Shown in pieces: positions 1 through 8,666 of a DNA stretch of 64,000 bases. Origin of the DNA: Candidatus Aminicenantes bacterium (GTDB lineage Bacteria; Acidobacteriota; Aminicenantia; Aminicenantales; CAVYOD01). Every line of letters starts with the position of its first letter. The first letter of the stretch is position 1. Below the pieces are notes generated by a model. That model had not been told where the DNA came from, searched no databases, and saw only the letters and a list, made by a program, of their open reading frames with translations. The position numbers and the translations under genes are program-made. The stretch lies in assembly GCA_963770045.1 (NCBI GenBank), contig CAVYOD010000029.1, positions 69,487 through 133,486 on the forward strand, written 5' to 3'.

Positions 1-102
1 GAGTTTTTTAAGGCGCCCTGCCCGGCTCGGGCCACCGTCCAGGTCGTTCGATTGCCCAAGGATGTCAAGGTGGAAATCGAAGCCGTCGCCGTGCTCAAAT
101 AA
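1..102 (+). CDS. RidA/YjgF/UK114 family protein, 3' end (partial)
   Basis: Frame 1 reads [33 protein letters not shown], containing the Rid-family PAR...LPK..VEIE C-terminal signature; absent from the ORF track. Confidence 0.85.
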   Translation, partial: EFFKAPCPARATVQVVRLPKDVKVEIEAVAVLK

Positions 103-198
103 ATGAAAAGCGTCTATCTTGTCTATCTGTCCATAAGACAAAATAACAAAAATCGTTGCCACGGTTTTATAAGCTTTAATACACGCAATAACTAATGC

Positions 199-344
199 GA
201 CATTCGGTTCAAGGTTGCGCCGGAGCACTCTGGCCCCCGGACCCCGAGGAACCAGTCCCGTCGGTTCCCCCATCGGACAAGCCGACGGGCCCCCCTCCGC
301 TACGGGGTCCCAAGGGTGGCCTCCAGCGCAACCTTGACCATGTC
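199..344. ncRNA. Long rod-like hairpin, unassigned (candidate ncRNA or REP/MITE-like element)
   Basis: Nested complementary segments 199-203/340-344, 206-220/326-339, 239-246/303-310 and 257-266/280-289. Confidence 0.45.
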
Positions 345-518
345 AAGTTACTCGTCGCGTTTGCATTAGAACGCACTCAATTTTTTTACGGCACTCTTTT
401 GCCGTTATCATGAATCTCTAATGAATCTTTTCTGAAATATGACGAGATGACGAGAAAGACCAGAGGACGGCCTCCAGTGGTGGACGAATTTCGCCGTCTC
501 GGATAAAATAGAGTTGTC

Positions 519-737
519 ATGCCGATCTACGAATTCATCTGCCAGAAATGCGGGAATCGCTTTGAGACCCTGGTCCGGACCGGGAGCGGAAAAGCGATTG
601 TCTGTCCCGCCTGTGGGTGCGAGGATGTCCGGAAGCTCTTTTCCAGTTTCGGAATCGGCGGAGGCAGCAGCCGCCTGACTTCGTCCTCCAGCAGTTGCTC
701 GACCTGCTCGAGCAAGTCCTGCAGCACGTGTCACTGA
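519..737 (+). CDS. FmdB-family zinc-ribbon protein
   Basis: [12 protein letters not shown]...CPACG...KLFS signature and a Ser/Cys-rich tail; TGGACG-17-TAAAAT promoter at 481-509. Confidence 0.9.
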   Translation: MPIYEFICQKCGNRFETLVRTGSGKAIVCPACGCEDVRKLFSSFGIGGGSSRLTSSSSSCSTCSSKSCSTCH

Positions 738-918
738 AACGTCTATCTCGTCTCGTCGTACCGTCTTTCTCGTCAAAGCATAAGATCCAAAGTTCTTCTT
801 TCCAGCTATTTCGTCTATCTCGTCATCTCGCCTGAGCCAAAAGAACCGACAACTCCCTAAGGGCACGCAAAATGAGCTTTAAGCCGATTGGGGCGAACAA
901 ACGCAGCCGGGCTATTAA

Positions 919-946
919 CCCCTTACGCCTCACTCCTTACCCCTCA
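919..946. repeat. Heptamer tandem repeat (CNCCTYA)x4
   Basis: CCCCTTA CGCCTCA CTCCTTA CCCCTCA. Confidence 0.65.
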
Positions 947-1045
947 CTATCTTAGACGAGATAACAAGAAAGACGAGACGACGAGATGGACGATTCTTGC
1001 TTATCCTCTTGACTTTGGGCTTGCGCTCAAGATTAAATAATCGCC

Positions 1046-3055
1046 GTGAGAAGTCTTTCCCGGCGCTTGGTTCGCATCGGTGTGGATACGGGAGGGACAT
1101 TTACGGATTTCGTGATCGCCTTCGAAGGGAGGCTCATCAACAAGAAGATCCTGTCGACCCCCGAAGATCCCTCCCGAGCGATCATCGAGGGAATCAAGGA
1201 ATTCCTGGCCAACGATTTTTCCCTGTTCATCATCCACGGCACGACGGTGGCCACAAACGCCCTGCTCGAACGGAAGGGCGGACCCATCGCCCTGATCACG
1301 ACCAGGGGGTTTGAGGACATCCTCTTGATCGGCCGGCAAACCAGACGCGGACTTTATCGGCTGCGCGGAGAGACGAGGATCCCGCTCCTGCCGCGCCGCC
1401 TGTGTTTTGGGCTAGAAGAGAGGACTCTTTCGTCCGGCGATATCGAGAAAAGTGCAAACCCCGCTGAAGTCAGAAAGATCCTCAAAAAAATCCAGTCCTC
1501 GAAAGTGGGAGCCGTGGCCGTTTCTCTGATCAATTCCTATGCCAATCCGGCCAATGAAGGCGTCGTGGAACGTGAACTCAAGAAGGCCCGGATTTTGGGT
1601 TCGGTGTCCAGCCGCATCCTCCCTGAACATCGCGAGTTTGAACGCACCTCGACCGCGGCCGTCAACGCCTATCTGATGCCGGTCGTCAATCATTATCTGA
1701 CCAACTTGGGGAAAAAGATCGCCGCCGCCGAGATCCGAGTCATGCAATCCAACGAGGGGTATATCTCCCCGGCCAAAGCCAAGACAGAACCCATCCGGAC
1801 CGCTCTCTCCGGACCTGCCGGCGGGGTCGTCGCCGCGGCTCGGCTGGCCAGGGCAGCGGGCTTCCGCAACATTATCAGCTTCGACATGGGGGGAACCTCG
1901 ACCGACGTCTCGCTCGTCGACGGCCGGATCCGGCGCACGAATGAGAGCTCTATCGGAGAATTTCCGATCCGGATCCCGATGATCGACATCCATTCAGTCG
2001 GCGCCGGCGGCGGATCGATTGCCTTTGTCGATAGAGGCGGCTCGTTACGGGTGGGGCCTCAGAGTGCCGGGGCTGATCCCGGTCCCGCTTGCTACGGCAA
2101 GGGGGATTTCCCAACCGTTACCGATGCCAACCTTTACTTGGGCCGGCTGGATCCGGAGTTCTTTCTCGGGGGGAAAATGCGTATCTTTCCCGAGAGAAGC
2201 GCGGCAGCCATCCGCGTGCTCTCCAGGACCATCGGCAAGCCGCCCCTCCAAACGGCCCTGGGCATCATCGATATCGCGAATGCCAACATGGAGAAAGCCA
2301 TCCGTGTCATCTCGATCGAACGGGGCTTCGACCCCAGGAGTTTTTCCCTCTATTCTTTCGGCGGCGCGGGCGGAATGCACGCCGTTGAAATGATGACCCA
2401 TCTTCAGATGGACGGGGTTGTCGTCCCTAGGAACGCGGGCGTCCTCTCGGCCCTCGGGCTTCTCCTGGCCGATTCGGTCAAAGATTATTCTCAGTCGATC
2501 CTCAGGACCGTCGACAAAATCCGGGCCGGAGAACTCGAAAGGCGATTTGCCGGCCTCGGCCGCGAGGCGATGCGAGACCTGCAGTCCGAGGGTTTCAAGA
2601 AAAGGGTGATCTCCCTGTTCCCTTCCTTGGACCTTCGTTATCTCGGTCAATCCTACGAGATCAACGTTCCCTGCGACCTGACCGCCCTCGGCGAGGGCGG
2701 CTATCTTTCCGATTTCCACCGCGAGCACCAGAAGCTCTATTCTTATCATCATCCCCAGAGGCCGGTCGAGGTCGTGAACATCAGGGTCAAGGCCGTCGGC
2801 TCGAGCCGCAAGATCCGCTTGAGCCGGCTGCCGGAAAAATCCCGAGACCCGGCCCGGGCGATGCTTCGGAAACAGCCTATCTATTATGGGAAAAAAGAAC
2901 ACCGCGGCGTCGTCTTTGACCGGACGCGGCTCGAGCCCGGGAACACGTTTTTCGGCCCCGCTCTTGTCGTCGACCCGGAATCGACGACTTTTCTTCCGCC
3001 CGGCTATCGGCTGAGGGTGGACGGCTATTTGAACCTGATCATCCATGAGGCCTGA
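1046..3055 (+). CDS. Hydantoinase/oxoprolinase family, subunit A (ATP-binding)
   Basis: IGVDTGGTFTD, HGTTVATNALLE, SGPAGG, DMGGTSTD and GPQSAGADPGPACY motifs. Confidence 0.93.
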   Translation: MRSLSRRLVRIGVDTGGTFTDFVIAFEGRLINKKILSTPEDPSRAIIEGIKEFLANDFSLFIIHGTTVATNALLERKGGPIALITTRGFEDILLIGRQTRRGLYRLRGETRIPLLPRRLCFGLEERTLSSGDIEKSANPAEVRKILKKIQSSKVGAVAVSLINSYANPANEGVVERELKKARILGSVSSRILPEHREFERTSTAAVNAYLMPVVNHYLTNLGKKIAAAEIRVMQSNEGYISPAKAKTEPIRTALSGPAGGVVAAARLARAAGFRNIISFDMGGTSTDVSLVDGRIRRTNESSIGEFPIRIPMIDIHSVGAGGGSIAFVDRGGSLRVGPQSAGADPGPACYGKGDFPTVTDANLYLGRLDPEFFLGGKMRIFPERSAAAIRVLSRTIGKPPLQTALGIIDIANANMEKAIRVISIERGFDPRSFSLYSFGGAGGMHAVEMMTHLQMDGVVVPRNAGVLSALGLLLADSVKDYSQSILRTVDKIRAGELERRFAGLGREAMRDLQSEGFKKRVISLFPSLDLRYLGQSYEINVPCDLTALGEGGYLSDFHREHQKLYSYHHPQRPVEVVNIRVKAVGSSRKIRLSRLPEKSRDPARAMLRKQPIYYGKKEHRGVVFDRTRLEPGNTFFGPALVVDPESTTFLPPGYRLRVDGYLNLIIHEA

Positions 3056-3061
3056 ACGTAG

Positions 3062-4624
3062 ATGACCAAATTCGATCCCGTAGAACTGGAGCTCTTCAAG
3101 AACATCTTCGTCTCCATTTCCGAAGAGATGGGCGCCGTGCTCGGCCGGACCGCGCTCTCTCCGAACATCAAAGAGCGCAAAGATTTCTCCTGCGCCCTCT
3201 TCAACCGAAAGGGAGAGACTTTCGCTCAGGGCTCTCACATCCCCGTTCACCTCGGCGCCATGCCTCTCTCCGTGCAGGCGGCCCTCCAGGCCGTCTCCTT
3301 CGATGAGGGCGACCTCGTGATCCTGAACGACCCTTATCGGGGAGGGACGCATCTTCCGGATGTGACCTGCATCTCCCCGGTTTTTTTTGAGAAGGAGCTT
3401 TCCTTTTTCGTGGCCAACAGGGCCCATCATTCGGACATCGGCGGCATGACTCCGGGTTCCATGCCGCTGGCCACCGAGATCTTTCAGGAAGGGTTGATCA
3501 TCCCGCCCCTGAAGATCGTCGAGGCCGGGAGGCTCAACCAGCAAGTTTTTAACCTCATTCTGGCCAACGTGCGCACGGCCGAGGAGAGAAAGGGAGATCT
3601 CCTGGCCCAGCTCGCGGCCAACGAGAAAGGAAAGCTCAGGCTGGTTGAGACTCTCCGGAAATTTGGGTTGCAGAAGATCCTCCGCTACACGCGCCTGATC
3701 CAGGATTATACCGAGAGGATTCTGCGGGAAACGATCCGGGCCATCCCCGACGGCAGGTATTCGTTTGTGGATTATCTCGATGACGACGGCATTTCTGAGG
3801 ATCCGGTCAGAATCGCAGTCGAGGTCAAGATTCGTCAAGACGAAGCCGTTCTCGACTTCAGCGCCTCCTCGCCCCAGGTTGAAGGCGGGGTCAATGCCAA
3901 TTTCGCCGTCACCTGCTCGGCCGTTCTCTATGTCTTCAGATCTCTGATCGATGAGGACATCCCGTTCAATACCGGCTTGATGAAGCCGTTGAAGATCATC
4001 GCGCCCAGGGGGTCGGTCGTCAACGCCCTCTTTCCCGCGGCTACAGCCGGGGGCAATGTCGAAACCTCGCAGAGGATCGTGGATGTGCTCCTGGGCGCCC
4101 TGGCCCTTGCAATCCCCGACAAGATCCCGGCGGCCAGCTCGGGGACGATGAACAACGTTACCTTTGGAGGCTTCGACCCGATCAGGCGGCAGAATTTCGC
4201 CTACTATGAAACGATCGGAGGCGGCATGGGCGCAAGCGTCCTGGCCGACGGGTTGAGCGGCGTTCACACCCATATGACCAACTCCTTGAATACGCCGCTC
4301 GAAGCCCTCGAAAACTATCTCCCCCTCAAGATCAGGAGATACTGCCTGCGGCGGGGTTCGGGCGGGAAAGGAGCGCATAAGGGCGGCGAAGGGATCATCC
4401 GGGAGTATGAATTTATTGTGCCGACCCAAGTCAGCATCATCTCCGAGCGGCGAAGGTTTGCGCCCTACGGCCTCCGAGGCGGAAAGAGCGGAGCCAGAGG
4501 CAAGAATAGCCTGATTTCGGAAGGGAAAAGGACCTCCCTCCATTCCAAGGTCAACCTCAAGGCCAAACCCGGCGATATCCTGAGAATCGAGACGCCGGGC
4601 GGCGGCGGGTACGGCCGCGCTTGA
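3062..4624 (+). CDS. Hydantoinase B/oxoprolinase family subunit
   Basis: SPNIKERKDFSCA, HIPVHLGAM, NDPYRGGTHLPD, HHSDIGG and terminal TPGGGGYG motifs. Confidence 0.93.
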   Translation: MTKFDPVELELFKNIFVSISEEMGAVLGRTALSPNIKERKDFSCALFNRKGETFAQGSHIPVHLGAMPLSVQAALQAVSFDEGDLVILNDPYRGGTHLPDVTCISPVFFEKELSFFVANRAHHSDIGGMTPGSMPLATEIFQEGLIIPPLKIVEAGRLNQQVFNLILANVRTAEERKGDLLAQLAANEKGKLRLVETLRKFGLQKILRYTRLIQDYTERILRETIRAIPDGRYSFVDYLDDDGISEDPVRIAVEVKIRQDEAVLDFSASSPQVEGGVNANFAVTCSAVLYVFRSLIDEDIPFNTGLMKPLKIIAPRGSVVNALFPAATAGGNVETSQRIVDVLLGALALAIPDKIPAASSGTMNNVTFGGFDPIRRQNFAYYETIGGGMGASVLADGLSGVHTHMTNSLNTPLEALENYLPLKIRRYCLRRGSGGKGAHKGGEGIIREYEFIVPTQVSIISERRRFAPYGLRGGKSGARGKNSLISEGKRTSLHSKVNLKAKPGDILRIETPGGGGYGRA

Positions 4625-4649
4625 CATTCTACGCTGTGTAGAATAAAAT
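4621..4649 (+). promoter_or_regulatory. Sigma70-type promoter with a palindromic operator in the spacer (probable BlaI-family site)
   Basis: TTGACA(4621-26)-17 nt-TAAAAT(4644-49); ATTCTAC-N5-GTAGAAT inverted repeat at 4626-4644; ATG 7 nt after the -10 box. Confidence 0.8.
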
Positions 4650-4656
4650 AGCTTTC

Positions 4657-5079
4657 ATGAACTTAGTATTCCGATCGAAAAAGAAAGGGTTGAACCGTCT
4701 CTTCGGGGAGATCGAATCTGAGGTCATGAATCTCCTCTGGGAAAAAGGACCCCTCAAGGGGAAAGATGTTCACGAGGCGCTAAGGAAAAAGAAAGAGACG
4801 GCACTGACCACGATTCTGACTGTCCTGGACCGGCTTTCGGAAAAGGGTTTTGTCAGAAAAGACAGGGACGCGGGACATACGATTTATTCTCCGTCGGTTT
4901 CCAGGCAGAAATTTGAGGCGAGGGTCACCTCAGAATTGATCAGAGGCGCCTATGAGCTGTCACCCGACTTTGCCATCTCGGCTTTCTCCGATATCTTCTC
5001 GAAAATGAAATCCGACGAACTCGATAGGCTGGCCCAGCTTATCGAGGAGAAGAGACATGAGAACCACAAGGACGATTAG
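4657..5079 (+). CDS. BlaI/MecI/CopY family transcriptional repressor
   Basis: GEIESEVMNLLW...ALTTILTVLDRLSEKGFV winged-helix motif; overlaps the M56 gene. Confidence 0.9.
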   Translation: MNLVFRSKKKGLNRLFGEIESEVMNLLWEKGPLKGKDVHEALRKKKETALTTILTVLDRLSEKGFVRKDRDAGHTIYSPSVSRQKFEARVTSELIRGAYELSPDFAISAFSDIFSKMKSDELDRLAQLIEEKRHENHKDD

Positions 5080-5959
5080 GGCCGCATCCGTCTCTCTGTT
5101 CGTTATTATGTTCTCGGCTTCCTGGCTTCTCTTCTTTAAACTCTGGGGTGGTGTTGAACTAAGCTCCATTCTGGCTTCAGTCAAAGAGAGAGCCTCTCTG
5201 GCCTGCACCTATCGATGTCTTGGCATCATTCCCTTTCTCCCCTTCTTGATGGAGTCCGCACGGCTCCTTCTCCTCGTTTTCTTGGCTTCTGCATTGCTTG
5301 CGGCTGTTATCAAGACAGCAAAACGGATCAGGAAGACAAATAAATATATAAGTTCCGTAGAAAAAAGAATCATTCAAAGCGCGCTGCTTTTTCCGGACCT
5401 AAACCCGGTCAGAATATTTAGAGACCCAAATCCCCTGGCCTTTACCGCGGGATTCCTCAACCCCAAGATCTACCTTTCCGCGACACTCTGCGAGACCTTT
5501 GAGAAAAGTGAACTTCGAGCGGTCGTGCTTCATGAATCCCAACACCAGAAAACCAAAGATCCCCTCAAATCCCTCCTCATCTCCTTCCTGGCAGATTTCT
5601 TATTCTTCATTCCGATCACCAACTTTTTGAAACGATCCTTCCGGCTGGCAGCGGAGATCAAGGCCGATTCTCACTGCCTCTCCCACAAGGTCGACGCTTT
5701 GGAGATGGCCGGCGCCCTCTTAAGAGTTCAGAAAAGACACAGCTTGACCGTTTCCTGGTTCTATGATCAGAACCGGGAAAGGATAAAGGTCCTTCTTGGA
5801 CAGCCCGTCAAGTTCGCCCCTGCTTTGAACCGGGTTGTTATCTCCCTAGTTCTTATCATTGTCCTTTTCTTTTTTTCTTTTGTGCCCATAAAAAAAGGTT
5901 CGGCAGCGGCCCTTCTCAATCATGAAAAATCTTGCGTCGTCCATCGGCTTCATTCGTAA
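5057..5959 (+). CDS. M56 family (BlaR1-like) membrane metallopeptidase
   Basis: TM segments, AFTAGFLNPKIYLS, HESQH (HExxH), KDPL and E..AD motifs; no C-terminal penicillin-sensor domain. Confidence 0.85.
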   Translation: MRTTRTIRAASVSLFVIMFSASWLLFFKLWGGVELSSILASVKERASLACTYRCLGIIPFLPFLMESARLLLLVFLASALLAAVIKTAKRIRKTNKYISSVEKRIIQSALLFPDLNPVRIFRDPNPLAFTAGFLNPKIYLSATLCETFEKSELRAVVLHESQHQKTKDPLKSLLISFLADFLFFIPITNFLKRSFRLAAEIKADSHCLSHKVDALEMAGALLRVQKRHSLTVSWFYDQNRERIKVLLGQPVKFAPALNRVVISLVLIIVLFFFSFVPIKKGSAAALLNHEKSCVVHRLHS

Positions 5960-5985
5960 AGCTTAAAGAATCAACGGAGGCAGAA

Positions 5986-7257
5986 ATGAAGAAAGGCTCC
6001 CTGATAGTCCTCGTTGTGTTATTTTCCTCCCTGCTTTTTGCGGAGGAAGGAACAATCCGGCTCAACGAACTCCTCAACCTCGCCCGCGAGAGGAATCCCA
6101 AGATCAAAGCTCTCAAGGACGAAGTTGAAGCTTATGTTTATAAAATTCCTCAGCAAAAAAGCCTGCCCGATCCGATGGTCGGGCTGAGCTTCCAGAACAT
6201 GGGACTAAATAGAATCACCATCGGCGAGGAGGTCATGAGCGGGATCGGGCTCTCCTTTACCCAGGCACTCCCCTTTCCCGGGAAGCTGCGCCTCAAGGGA
6301 GAGATCGCCGAGAAGGCCTATGAGCGGAAGAGAGAAAACCTGAACGCGGTTGAGCTTGGAGTCCTGAAAGACGTAAAGTTGTCTTATTTTGAGCTCTTTT
6401 CTCTTTATAAATCCGTTGACATACTGCTGAAGCAGAAAGCTCTCTTGGAAAAAGCTCTGAGCCTGACCGAGACGAAATATGCCGTTGGCAGCGGCGTTCA
6501 GTCGGATATTTTTAAGGCCCAGGTGGAGATTTCCCGGATGGATGAGATGATCACCCCGATGAGGCAGATGATCGATTCCCTTCGGGCGAAGATCAACCTT
6601 CTGCTTGATTTTCCTCCCGAGAAGCCCTTGGGGATGCCCGAAGAAATGGATGTCTATGGGCTGGAGCCTGCGCTCCAGGACGTCCAGAAGTTGGCCGCCG
6701 AGAACTCCCCTATGGTGAAAGAAGCGGCCCTGATGATCGCGGAGGGCTCAAAGATGGTCGACCTGTCAAAAAAAGAACGGTACCCCAATTTTGTGGTCGA
6801 AGGAGGGTGGAATTTCAAGGGAAAATTGCCCGACATGTATGAGGTCATGGTCGGCGTGGAGATACCGCTTTATTATAAGACCAAGCAGGCTAAGATGCTC
6901 GAGGAATCTTTGGCCGAACTGCGAAGCTCAAGGAGCAACCTGACTTCGACCAAGAATGACATCTCTTTCATGATCACCGAGAGTTTTCTCAAGGCCAAAA
7001 CATCAGAAAACCTGATTCAGCTTTATAAAGAGAAAATCATTCCTCAGGCCTCTCTGGCCGTGGAATCATCCCTGGCCAATTATCAGGTGAATAAGATAGA
7101 TTTTCTTTCCTTGCTAAATGATATAAATACGCTTTTCTCTTATCAGATGGTCTTTTACAGGGAACTCACTCAACTCTGGAGCTCGATCGCCCAGCTAGAA
7201 GAGATCTCTGCCCAAGAGATCGTCAAATGGGGAGGCAAAAATGAAGAAAAGAATTAA
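5986..7257 (+). CDS. TolC family outer-membrane efflux protein (CusC/CzcC-like)
   Basis: GGAGG RBS, signal peptide, LPDP and Q.LPFPGKL motifs, position in an RND operon. Confidence 0.85.
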   Translation: MKKGSLIVLVVLFSSLLFAEEGTIRLNELLNLARERNPKIKALKDEVEAYVYKIPQQKSLPDPMVGLSFQNMGLNRITIGEEVMSGIGLSFTQALPFPGKLRLKGEIAEKAYERKRENLNAVELGVLKDVKLSYFELFSLYKSVDILLKQKALLEKALSLTETKYAVGSGVQSDIFKAQVEISRMDEMITPMRQMIDSLRAKINLLLDFPPEKPLGMPEEMDVYGLEPALQDVQKLAAENSPMVKEAALMIAEGSKMVDLSKKERYPNFVVEGGWNFKGKLPDMYEVMVGVEIPLYYKTKQAKMLEESLAELRSSRSNLTSTKNDISFMITESFLKAKTSENLIQLYKEKIIPQASLAVESSLANYQVNKIDFLSLLNDINTLFSYQMVFYRELTQLWSSIAQLEEISAQEIVKWGGKNEEKN

Positions 7258-8666
7258 ATGGATCTGTCTTTTCTTGATCTTTCCAATGATCGTCCTCTAT
7301 TTCTCGTGCAAGAGCGGGAGCCAGAACCAGGCCTCAGCAGGCTTATCCCAGGAGAAACAGGCCCGAGTTGACCAAGCAGACCTCGAAAAGAAGCTTTATC
7401 GCTGCCCCATGCATCCCAACTACACGTCCGATAAACCCGGTTCCTGCCCCATCTGCGGGATGAACCTTGTGCCTGTCGAAAAAGAAGAAAAAGCAACACC
7501 GCCTGCAGCCAAAAAAAAGACCATGTATCGGTCGACCATGAATCCAAATGAGATCTCCGATAAACCCGGGAAGGATTCGATGGGCATGGAGATGGTGCCG
7601 TTTGAAGTCGAAGAAGGCGGCGAGGTCGTCCGAGGTCGGCGGCCGGATTGCAGTCAAGATCAGCCCGGAACGCCAGCAGCTCATCGGCGTAAAATCCGAG
7701 AAATTGAGAATTCAGCCGATCCACAAGCTTATCAGAGCCGTGGGCCGCATCGATTATGCGGAGCCGAACATATCTTTGGTAACTTTGAAATTCGAAGGAT
7801 GGGTGGAGGACCTCTTCGTGAATTCCACGGGCCGGTTCGTCAGGAAAGGAGACCCGCTCCTGGACATCTACAGCCCCGACCTTGTGGCCGCCCAGCAGGA
7901 ATATCTCCTGGCCATGAAGGCGAAAGATCTTCCGGGTGGTTCAGGCCTCTCCGTGCTTAAATCAGCCCGGGAGAGGCTCAAGCTCTGGAATATCTCCGAC
8001 GAGCAGGTCGAAAACCTGGAGCGGACAGGCGAAGTCAAGAAAACTCTCATGCTCTACGCCCCGATTTCTGGCTTTGTCATCGAGAAGGAGGTCCTTCAGG
8101 GACAGAAGATCATGCCCGGCGAGAATCTCTTCAAGATCGCCGATCTGTCCAGAGTCTGGGTCAGCGGCGAGATTTACGAATACGAATTGCCCTTTATAAA
8201 GCCAGGTCAGGAGGCCAACGTCTCTCTTTCTTATTTTCCGGGAGAGACATTCTCGGGAAAGATAACCTATGTTTATCCGTACCTCAATCCGGAAACCCGG
8301 ACAGTCAAGGTCAGGATCGAAATGCAGAACCCTGGGTTCAAGTTGAAGCCCGAGATGTATGCCAACCTGGAGATCCAGGTGGATTATGGATCGAGGTTGG
8401 CCATTCCGGCGGACGCCGTTATCGATGCCGGCGAGAAGAAGATAGCTTTCGTGGATAAGGGCGACGGATACTTGGAACCGCGGGAGGTCAAACTCGGCGT
8501 CAAAGGCGAAGGGATCTATGAAGTCTTAGCCGGGGTGGCTGAAGGGGAAAAGGTCGTCACCTCGGCGAACTTCCTTATAGATTCTGAGTCGAGCTTGAAG
8601 GCTGCTCTCAAACAGATGACTCAGGGCCAGTCCGTCGAAGGAAAGAGAGAAAACCAGCATGATTGA
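7241..8666 (+). CDS. CusB-type RND periplasmic adaptor with N-terminal heavy-metal-binding repeats (frameshift ~7625)
   Basis: YRCPMHP...CPICGM and RSTMNP...KDSMGM in ORF 7241; GWVEDL, YSPDL and ANFLIDSES in ORF 7548. Confidence 0.88.

Larger units (their letters stand above)
110..993. repeat. Dispersed short repeat family (GACGAGA(T)/CGTCT(A)TCTCGTC) in both orientations
   Basis: Copies at about 110-131, 441-470, 739-775, 811-832 and 953-993; a related copy at about 19769-19792. Confidence 0.6.

Noticed and set aside
195-413. 72-aa ORF over the hairpin
   Set aside because: Pro-rich with no RBS; better explained by the RNA/DNA structure.
110-993. Possible CRISPR array
   Set aside because: Repeats are degenerate, irregularly spaced and in both orientations; no cas genes.
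2045-4627. 860-aa minus-strand ORF
   Set aside because: Antisense shadow of the hydantoinase A/B genes in GC-rich DNA; no recognisable motifs.
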